DNA of 5,187 nucleotides from a virus (Duplodnaviria; Heunggongvirae; Uroviricota; Caudoviricetes; Autographiviridae): IMG/VR virus record IMGVR_UViG_2778261646_000012; one strand, 5' to 3'. Shown piece by piece: positions 1 to 5,187 of this stretch (position 1 is its first letter; each line of letters starts with the position of its first letter). The notes under the pieces were generated by a model. It saw only the letters and a program-made list of their open reading frames with translations, ran no database searches and was not told where the DNA came from. The position numbers and the translations under genes were made by a program.

Positions 1-108
1 GGCCAGGCCTCAGCATTTTATTATGGTGATCCCCTGGGCGAAATGCGCCTGGTAAGCAGAGTTTTTGAAATGTAAGGCCTTTGAATAAGACAAAAGGCTG
101 CCTCATCG

Positions 109-306
109 CTAACTTTGCAACAGTGCCACAGGGAGTGACTTAAGAAAGTTATACGCAGTAAAGCCAGCGGCAGTTTCCCCTCCCTGACTTGATATATGGA
201 TATTTAATTCAGTTGCGCCTTGAGATAATGCGGTGAGACAGTGGTTCTGAAGTTGCCCAACAGTGGCAGTGTTAACGGGGCATAAGAAATGAATTGTGTG
301 CAGCAT
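109..306 (-). CDS. Small 65-aa ORF resembling the N-terminal segment of ClpP/S14-family serine proteases; possibly a truncated remnant
   Basis: ATG at 306..304 overlaps the mnt stop by 1 nt (TAATG) and has AGGA (319..316) 9 nt upstream. The translation (IHISSQGGETAAGFTAYNF) aligns by eye to the ClpP stretch around the YINSPGG...AG..IYD motif. The ORF ends at TAG 111..109, before where a catalytic Ser (GxxSxG) would lie. Family assignment is by pattern recognition only. Confidence 0.4.
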   Translation of the reverse strand: MLHTIHFLCPVNTATVGQLQNHCLTALSQGATELNIHISSQGGETAAGFTAYNFLKSLPVALLQS

Positions 307-554
307 TATTTTTCATCCTTAGCATACATGGTCTTTAGCGTCTCAAGTAGCGCCTCTTTGAATTTATCAGCTTCTTGGTTAGCGAATCCTTCAAGTGAGC
401 GAGAGCCATCAAGATTATCAACATGTTTTTGAAGGATAAGCACGATCTCTGAGTTCATTGATCTGCCGTTTTTATCCGCTTCTTGCTGAATGCGTTTCTT
501 TAAATAGTCTGGAATCCTAATCCCCAATGGACTGATATCTCTTGCACCTTTCAT
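306..554 (-). CDS. mnt: Mnt-like ribbon-helix-helix repressor (82 aa)
   Basis: ATG at 554..552 is preceded by GGAGGAG (565..559). The product MKGARDISPLGIRIP...NGRSMNSEIV...TLKTMYAKDEK matches phage P22 Mnt in length (82 aa), in the N-terminal beta-strand/helix-A region and in the C-terminal TLKxxYxK tail. The longer track ORF (306..596) starts at TTG with no ribosome-binding site. Confidence 0.8.
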   Translation of the reverse strand: MKGARDISPLGIRIPDYLKKRIQQEADKNGRSMNSEIVLILQKHVDNLDGSRSLEGFANQEADKFKEALLETLKTMYAKDEK

Positions 555-579
555 TTCTCCTCCTGCACGCTGTGCGTAG

Positions 580-592
580 CTACACAGTGTAG
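580..592. promoter_or_regulatory. 13-bp perfect palindrome CTACAC-A-GTGTAG; candidate RHH operator upstream of mnt
   Basis: Perfect inverted repeat with a 1-bp centre, read directly from the sequence. It lies 26-38 bp upstream of the mnt start codon. A second short inverted repeat GCAC-gct-GTGC lies next to it at 565..575. Confidence 0.5.
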
Positions 593-603
593 GCAAAAAA
601 TTT

Positions 604-631
604 TTGACTTTAAATAAACACGGTGTAGTAT
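604..631 (+). promoter_or_regulatory. Candidate sigma70 promoter for arc-ant (Pant-like)
   Basis: -35 TTGACT (604..609), 16-bp spacer, -10 TAGTAT (626..631). Predicted transcription start is near 638, about 26 nt upstream of the arc start codon. Hexamers identified by eye; no experimental support. Confidence 0.45.
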
Positions 632-649
632 TTAGTTATCACGGTGTAG
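619..649. repeat. Two perfect 10-bp direct repeats CACGGTGTAG (619..628 and 640..649), 21 bp centre to centre; candidate operator half-sites
   Basis: Exact repeats seen in the sequence. Each contains a CAC-G-GTG palindromic core and shares the GTGTAG arm with the palindrome at 580..592. The first overlaps the candidate -10, the second the predicted transcription start region. Confidence 0.55.
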
Positions 650-663
650 CAAGTGAGGTGGAA

Positions 664-804
664 ATGAAAGTTAGAGACATCGCTCCATTAGGGATTCGTA
701 TCCCACCAGAGATTAAAGAAAAATTGAAGGAAAAGGCTAAGGAGGAGGGCAGGTCTTTAAATTCAGAAATAGTGAAGCGTCTTATTCGCAGCCTAAAAAG
801 TTGA
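664..804 (+). CDS. arc: Arc-like ribbon-helix-helix repressor (46 aa)
   Basis: ATG at 664 is preceded by GAGGTGG (655..661). The product [40 protein letters not shown] has the Arc/Mnt RHH signature (beta-strand, then helix, then GRSxNSE) and sits where arc sits in the P22 immI region, between mnt and ant. The longer track ORF from 604 starts at TTG. Confidence 0.75.
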   Translation: MKVRDIAPLGIRIPPEIKEKLKEKAKEEGRSLNSEIVKRLIRSLKS

Positions 805-834
805 AGCCCCAACTGCTGGAACAGTCGGGGCTTC
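795..834 (-). terminator. Hairpin followed by a T-run on the minus strand; candidate terminator of a sar-like antisense RNA
   Basis: GAAGCCCC (803..810) pairs with GGGGCTTC (827..834), with an inner ACTG/CAGT pair. On the minus strand the stem is followed by AACTTTTTA (802..794). On the plus strand no U-tract follows. Located in the arc-ant intergenic region. Confidence 0.4.
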
Positions 835-865
835 GGTATCAACAAATCAGATAGGAATTATTGAT

Positions 866-1795
866 ATGACAAGTTTAGCAAAGTCAACATTAAATTGCAC
901 TAACAGCATCACCATTTCAGACGTCAAGATTCATATGGATTCAGAGGGGCGTTACTCGCTTAATGACCTGCACAAGGCATCAGGTAAAGAGCGTCGTCAT
1001 GAGCCTGCGGCGTGGCTGCGACTCGAACAAACCAATGAGTTAGTTCAAGAAATTCTAAATACACAGATGTGTGTATTTAAAAATGGCGATAACTTTAATT
1101 CTTCAGAATCGCAGATTAAGAAGCCAATGGACTCTAAGAAGGGTCGCTACGGAGGCACCTACGTGTGCAAGGAGCTTGTTTACTCCTACGCCATGTGGAT
1201 TAGCGCAGCCTTTGCGCTGAAGGTTATCCGTGCATATGACGCAATGGTTACTGCCACACAAGAGAGGAAAGCTATTGGCGGTAAAACTTCAGTAGCTGAA
1301 CGCACACCGCTACGAGATGCAGTAAACATGCTGGTAGGAAAGAAAGGACTTCGCTATGACGATGCATACAATATGGTTCATCAGCGTTTTGGTATTGACA
1401 GCATTGATGAACTTTCAATTGAACAAATCCCGCTGGCCGTAGAGTACATCCACAGGGTAGTGCTTGAAGGTGAGTTCATCGGCAAACAAGAGAAGAAAAC
1501 CAACGAGCTTTCTGCAAAAGAAGCAAACAGCCTTGTATGGTTATGGGATTATGCCAACCGCTCACAGGCATTATTCCGCGAACTGTATCCGGCATTAAAA
1601 CAAATTCAATCGAACTATTCCGGCAGATGTCATGACTGCGGTTATGAGTTCTCCCGTATTATCGATATGGCGAGAGATGTTTTAATCAACCATACACGAG
1701 ATGTTGATATTAATGAGCCAGACGGACCAACGAATCTTTCCGCATGGATGAGACTTAAGAATAAAGAATTACCTCCTTCAGTACATAACTACTGA
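866..1795 (+). CDS. ant: Antirepressor Ant with KilA-N-type N-terminal domain (309 aa)
   Basis: ATG at 866 with AGGA (853..856) 9 nt upstream. The N-terminal region ([14 protein letters not shown]...PAAWLR...[25 protein letters not shown]) matches the KilA-N DNA-binding domain pattern. Size and position downstream of arc match P22 ant. Confidence 0.8.
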   Translation: MTSLAKSTLNCTNSITISDVKIHMDSEGRYSLNDLHKASGKERRHEPAAWLRLEQTNELVQEILNTQMCVFKNGDNFNSSESQIKKPMDSKKGRYGGTYVCKELVYSYAMWISAAFALKVIRAYDAMVTATQERKAIGGKTSVAERTPLRDAVNMLVGKKGLRYDDAYNMVHQRFGIDSIDELSIEQIPLAVEYIHRVVLEGEFIGKQEKKTNELSAKEANSLVWLWDYANRSQALFRELYPALKQIQSNYSGRCHDCGYEFSRIIDMARDVLINHTRDVDINEPDGPTNLSAWMRLKNKELPPSVHNY

Positions 1796-1814
1796 CAGAT
1801 AACCAACGCAACGA

Positions 1815-1837
1815 CCCAGCTTCGGCTGGGTTTTTTT
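1815..1837 (+). terminator. Rho-independent terminator after ant
   Basis: CCCAGC (1815..1820), TTCG tetraloop, GCTGGG (1825..1830), followed directly by TTTTTTT (1831..1837). Begins 20 nt after the ant stop codon. Confidence 0.8.
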
Positions 1838-1895
1838 ATGCCCAAAATTCACCGTAGCCATGCTGCGGCGATTCCTTGTGTCTGGAGCAAATTAA

Positions 1896-2234
1896 ATGAG
1901 AGACATTACAGCCAATGTGATCGTATCGATGCCTTCGCAACTCTTCACTATGGCGCGTTCTTTTAAAGCCGTAGCTAATGGCAAAATTTATATCGGTAAA
2001 ATTGACACTGATCCTGTAAATCCAGAAAACCAGATTCAGGTCTATGTGGAGAATGAAGACGGTTCTCACGTTCCTGTTTCGCAACCAATAATCATTAACG
2101 CTGCTGGATATCCTGTATATAACGGACAGATTGCCAAATTCGTTACCGTGCAAGGCCATTCTATGGCTGTTTATGATGCGTATGGTGCGCAGCAGTTCTA
2201 TTTTCCTAATGTGCTGAAGTATGACCCTGATCAA
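1896..2234 (+). other. P22 gp9-like head-binding (particle attachment) module of the tailspike
   Basis: Near-colinear similarity to the recalled P22 tailspike N-terminus up to the NVLKYDPDQ segment; similarity is lost downstream. The boundary is approximate. Confidence 0.75.
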
Positions 2235-4841
2235 CTACGGCAGCAATTAGAAGACCCAGATGGAGCGAATAAATACCCAAAACTTCAGATAGCAAGATGG
2301 AGAGACAGTTATGATGTAAGAGGTTGGGGGGCTATTGGTGATGGTGTTCATGATGATACATCAGCTCTATCAGAATTACTTTCTGTTGCAACAGGTGGTG
2401 AAAAGATAGATGGGCGAGGGCTTACTTTTAAAGTATCAACTCTTCCAGATGTCAGTCGATTTAAAAATGCTCGTTTTTTATTTGAGAGAATACCGGGTCA
2501 GCCTCTTTTTTATGCTTCTGAAGATTTTATCCAGGGAGAGTTATTTAAAATTACAGATACACCGTGGTACAACGCCTGGACGCAGGATAAAATGTTTGTA
2601 TATGACAATGTCATCTATGCGCCTTTTATGGCTGGAGACCGCCATGGTGTAAATAACCTCCATGTTGCATGGGTTCGCTCAGGAGATGACGGGAAGACCT
2701 GGACAACGCCGGAATGGCTTACAGATTTACATGAAAACTATCCCACAGTTAACTATCACTGCATGAGTATGGGGGTTGTCAGAAATCGCCTTTTTGCTGT
2801 AATTGAGACGCGGACCGTGAGAGGAAATAAACTGCAGGTTGCAGAGTTGTGGGATCGCCCAATGAGTCGCAGCCTTCGCGTTTATGGTGGTATAACGAAA
2901 GCAGCAAATCAGCAAGTCGCTTATATTCGCATTACTGATCACGGATTATTTGCTGGTGATTTTGTCAACTTCTCAAACTCTGGTGTTACAGATGTTACCG
3001 GGAATATGACGGTGACTACTGTTATTGATAAAAATACCTTTACAGTTACGACGCAAAATACCCAGGATGTGGATCAGAATAACGAGGGTAGATACTGGAG
3101 TTTTGGCACATCATTTCACTCGTCACCATGGAGAAAAACCAGTCTTGGAACTATTCCTTCTTTTGTTGACGGAAGCACTCCTGTTACTGAGATTCACAGT
3201 TTTGCGACGATTAGCGATAACAGTTTTGCTGTTGGCTACCATAATGGTGATATTGGTCCACGCGAGCTTGGGATACTCTATTTCTCTGATGCTTTCGGTT
3301 CTCCTGGTAGCTTTGTTCGCAGACGCATACCTGCAGAATATGAGGCGAATGCATCTGAGCCATGTGTAAAATATTATGATGGCATTCTGTATCTGACGAC
3401 CAGGGGGACATTAAGTACTCAACCCGGTAGTTCATTGCACAGAAGCTCTGATTTAGGTACATCATGGAATTCTCTTCGCTTCCCAAATAATGTTCATCAC
3501 TCAAACCTTCCTTTTGCCAAAGTTGGCGATGAGCTGGTTATTTTTGGCAGTGAGCGCGCATTTGGTGAGTGGGAAGGAGGAGAACCTGATAACCGTTATG
3601 CAGGAAATTATCCAAGAACATTTATGACCAGAGTTAACGTCAATGAGTGGAGTCTGGATAATGTAGAGTGGGTTAATGTTACTGATCAGATTTATCAGGG
3701 CGGAATAGTTAACTCTGCGGTTGGTGTTGGTTCAGTTTGTATCAAAGACAACTGGCTGTACTACATTTTCGGTGGGGAAGATTTTCTAAACCCATGGAGC
3801 ATAGGGGATAACAACAGAAAATATCCTTATGTTCACGATGGTCACCCGGCTGATTTGTATTGTTTCAGGGTGAAAATTAAACAGGAAGAATTTGTTTCAA
3901 GGGATTTTGTCTACGGAGCCACTCCTAACAGAACGCTTCCTACTTTTATGTCGACGTCAGGCGTGAGGACGGTTCCTGTACCCGTTGATTTCACAGATGA
4001 TGTTGCCGTCCAGTCACTGACTGTCCATGCAGGTACATCAGGACAAGTTCGCGCGGAAGTCAAACTTGAGGGTAATTACGCCATTATTGCGAAGAAAGTA
4101 CCGTCTGATGATGTTACCGCTCAGAGATTAATCGTTAGCGGCGGTGAAACAACGTCTTCAGCAGATGGTGCAATGATAACGTTGCATGGTTCCAGAAGCA
4201 GTACTCCACGTCGCGCGGTATATAACGCACTCGAACATCTTTTTGAGAACGGAGATGTTAAACCTTATCTTGATAATGTAAATGCTCTTGGTGGTCCGGG
4301 AAACAGGTTCTCGATAGTTTATCTTGGCTCCAATCCTGTGGTTACCAGTGACGGAACATTAAAGACAGAGCCGGTCTCTCCTGACGAAGCATTGCTGGAT
4401 GCCTGGGGTGACGTCAGGTATATCGCTTATAAATGGCTGAACGCTGTCGCTATAAAGGGGGAAGAAGGGGCGAGGATACATCATGGTGTAATCGCGCAGC
4501 AACTTCGTGATGTTCTTATTTCTCACGGACTCATGGAAGAAGAAAGCACAACATGCCGCTATGCCTTTCTTTGCTATGACGATTATCCCGCAGTATATGA
4601 TGACGTCATTACTGGCCAAAGGGAAATGCCGCTGACTGATAATGACGGGAGCATCATTGTTGATGAGGATGATAATCCAGTGATGGTAATAGAAGACATC
4701 ATTGAGCGCGTTGAAATAACGCCAGCAGGATCTAGATGGGGGGTCAGACCTGATCTCTTATTCTATATCGAGGCAGCATGGCAGCGCAGAGAAATGGATA
4801 AGATAAAAGCTAGGTTAGACTTAATAGAAGGGAAGCACTAA
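1896..4841 (+). CDS. Tailspike protein, endosialidase type (endo-N-acetylneuraminidase-like), 981 aa
   Basis: ATG at 1896 with GGAG (1884..1887) 8 nt upstream. The first ~113 aa ([11 protein letters not shown]...[23 protein letters not shown]...IINAAG...VTVQGHSMA...NVLKYDPDQ) closely match the P22 gp9 head-binding domain. The central region carries two sialidase Asp-boxes, and the C-terminus has a Ser-x4-Lys motif as in self-cleaving tail-fibre chaperone domains. Confidence 0.9.
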   Translation: MRDITANVIVSMPSQLFTMARSFKAVANGKIYIGKIDTDPVNPENQIQVYVENEDGSHVPVSQPIIINAAGYPVYNGQIAKFVTVQGHSMAVYDAYGAQQFYFPNVLKYDPDQLRQQLEDPDGANKYPKLQIARWRDSYDVRGWGAIGDGVHDDTSALSELLSVATGGEKIDGRGLTFKVSTLPDVSRFKNARFLFERIPGQPLFYASEDFIQGELFKITDTPWYNAWTQDKMFVYDNVIYAPFMAGDRHGVNNLHVAWVRSGDDGKTWTTPEWLTDLHENYPTVNYHCMSMGVVRNRLFAVIETRTVRGNKLQVAELWDRPMSRSLRVYGGITKAANQQVAYIRITDHGLFAGDFVNFSNSGVTDVTGNMTVTTVIDKNTFTVTTQNTQDVDQNNEGRYWSFGTSFHSSPWRKTSLGTIPSFVDGSTPVTEIHSFATISDNSFAVGYHNGDIGPRELGILYFSDAFGSPGSFVRRRIPAEYEANASEPCVKYYDGILYLTTRGTLSTQPGSSLHRSSDLGTSWNSLRFPNNVHHSNLPFAKVGDELVIFGSERAFGEWEGGEPDNRYAGNYPRTFMTRVNVNEWSLDNVEWVNVTDQIYQGGIVNSAVGVGSVCIKDNWLYYIFGGEDFLNPWSIGDNNRKYPYVHDGHPADLYCFRVKIKQEEFVSRDFVYGATPNRTLPTFMSTSGVRTVPVPVDFTDDVAVQSLTVHAGTSGQVRAEVKLEGNYAIIAKKVPSDDVTAQRLIVSGGETTSSADGAMITLHGSRSSTPRRAVYNALEHLFENGDVKPYLDNVNALGGPGNRFSIVYLGSNPVVTSDGTLKTEPVSPDEALLDAWGDVRYIAYKWLNAVAIKGEEGARIHHGVIAQQLRDVLISHGLMEEESTTCRYAFLCYDDYPAVYDDVITGQREMPLTDNDGSIIVDEDDNPVMVIEDIIERVEITPAGSRWGVRPDLLFYIEAAWQRREMDKIKARLDLIEGKH
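4350..4838 (+). other. C-terminal intramolecular chaperone / autoproteolytic domain (peptidase S74-like), predicted to be released after Ser818
   Basis: VTSDGTLK at aa 816-823, with Ser818 (nt 4347..4349) and Lys823 (nt 4362..4364) spaced as in the Ser/Lys dyad of phage K1F endosialidase and related tail-fibre proteins. The ~160-aa acidic C-terminal domain is of the expected size. Confidence 0.6.
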
Positions 4842-4949
4842 ATGTTTCGTTGGCGTCAAAAATATGAACTGATCACATAAAGAAGTAAGTACATTGGCAA
4901 AAAACATTGACGTCAACGAAATTAAATATAAAAATTTAAATGCTTTTTA

Positions 4950-4978
4950 ATGACAAGAAAAGTAACTAGTGGTAAAAT
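4950..4978 (+). promoter_or_regulatory. Candidate sigma70 promoter with extended -10 upstream of the repeat-containing gene
   Basis: -35 ATGACA (4950..4955), 17-bp spacer, TGgTAAAAT extended -10 (4970..4978). Lies in a markedly AT-rich stretch (4881..4994). AGGA (4984..4987) sits 7 nt before the ATG at 4995. Predicted by eye only. Confidence 0.4.
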
Positions 4979-4994
4979 AACGTAGGATACTAAC

Positions 4995-5187
4995 ATGTCA
5001 AGACTCAAGACTCAAGACTCAAGACTCAAGACTCAAGACTCAAGACTCAAGACTCAAGACTCAAGACTCAAGACTCAAGACTCAAGACTCAAGACTCAAG
5101 ACTCAAGACTCAAGACTCAAGACTCAAGACTCAAGACTCAAGACTCAAGACTCAAGACTCAAGACTCAAGACTCAAGACTCAAGACT
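4995..5187 (+). CDS. neuO: 5' end of a neuO-like polysialic acid O-acetyltransferase gene with poly-heptad N-terminus (M-S-[RLKTQDS]n); truncated by the window end
   Basis: ATG at 4995 with AGGA 7 nt upstream. The frame reads M S then RLKTQDS repeated, encoded by the AAGACTC array. This matches the recalled 5' architecture of neuO on the CUS-3 prophage, which lies just downstream of the endosialidase tailspike gene. The catalytic part of the gene is outside the window, so the identification rests on the repeat and synteny. Confidence 0.7.
   Translation, partial: MSRLKTQDSRLKTQDSRLKTQDSRLKTQDSRLKTQDSRLKTQDSRLKTQDSRLKTQDSRLKTQD
5000..5187 (+). repeat. Perfect heptanucleotide tandem array (AAGACTC)n, 26 complete units plus 6 nt of a 27th, continuing past the window end
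   Basis: Read directly: period 7 with no mismatch from 5000 to 5187. All three plus-strand frames are stop-free through the array (codons CAA GAC TCA AGA CTC AAG ACT). The minus strand carries TGA in every unit. Confidence 0.97.

Larger units (their letters stand above)
555..663. promoter_or_regulatory. Divergent mnt / arc-ant control region with clustered CAC-N-GTG operator-like sites
   Basis: 109-bp intergenic region between divergently oriented ribbon-helix-helix (RHH) repressor genes. It contains one 13-bp perfect palindrome, two 10-bp direct repeats and a sigma70-like rightward promoter (see separate entries). Confidence 0.7.

Noticed and set aside
1-75. Open plus-strand frame from the window start to TAA at 73..75 (possible 3' end of an upstream gene)
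   Set aside because: Only 24 codons are visible with no recognisable motif; a run of this length without a stop is not statistically meaningful. It cannot be called without upstream sequence.
306-804. Longer versions of mnt (306..596) and arc (604..804) given in the ORF track
   Set aside because: Both begin at TTG without a Shine-Dalgarno sequence and would run through the operator/promoter region. Internal ATGs at 554 and 664 have strong ribosome-binding sites and give products of canonical Mnt/Arc size.
639-845. 68-aa minus-strand ORF antisense to arc
   Set aside because: It overlaps the arc coding sequence and the intergenic hairpin, and has no ribosome-binding site or recognisable features.
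1836-2234. 132-aa minus-strand ORF overlapping the terminator and the tailspike N-terminus
   Set aside because: It lies antisense to the strongly supported, P22-like tailspike head-binding domain. It has no ribosome-binding site or recognisable motif, and its start would sit inside the ant terminator hairpin.
2410-4619. Nested ORFs inside the tailspike gene (2410..2652 +, 2727..2942 -, 3025..3369 +, 3211..3504 -, 4359..4619 -)
   Set aside because: All are out of frame or antisense within a continuous 981-aa reading frame with clear domain signatures. Their products are low-complexity or hydrophobic with no motifs, typical of chance ORFs.
4842-4880. 12-codon ORF (MFRWRQKYELIT) starting on the base after the tailspike stop
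   Set aside because: Too short, with no ribosome-binding site distinct from the coding sequence and no features; most likely chance.
5000-5187. CRISPR array interpretation of the tandem repeat
   Set aside because: The units are 7 bp, directly abutting and identical, with no spacers. This is a simple-sequence repeat, not a CRISPR array.

Overview
This window reads as the immI-to-tailspike-to-conversion-locus segment of a P22-like temperate phage or prophage from a K1-encapsulated Escherichia coli (CUS-3-like). Gene order is: a small ClpP-like ORF (-), mnt (-), a divergent operator/promoter region, arc (+), ant (+), an intrinsic terminator, a 981-aa tailspike (+), an AT-rich promoter region, and the 5' end of a neuO-like gene (+). 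The tailspike combines a P22 gp9-like N-terminal head-binding module, a sialidase-type central domain with two Asp-boxes, and a C-terminal self-cleaving chaperone domain. The neuO-like reading frame opens with a perfect tandem array of at least 26 AAGACTC heptanucleotide units that runs off the window end. This array is a known type of phase-variable contingency locus rather than an undescribed system, and its ON/OFF state cannot be read here. All identifications come from reading the sequence and recalled family features; no database search was run.
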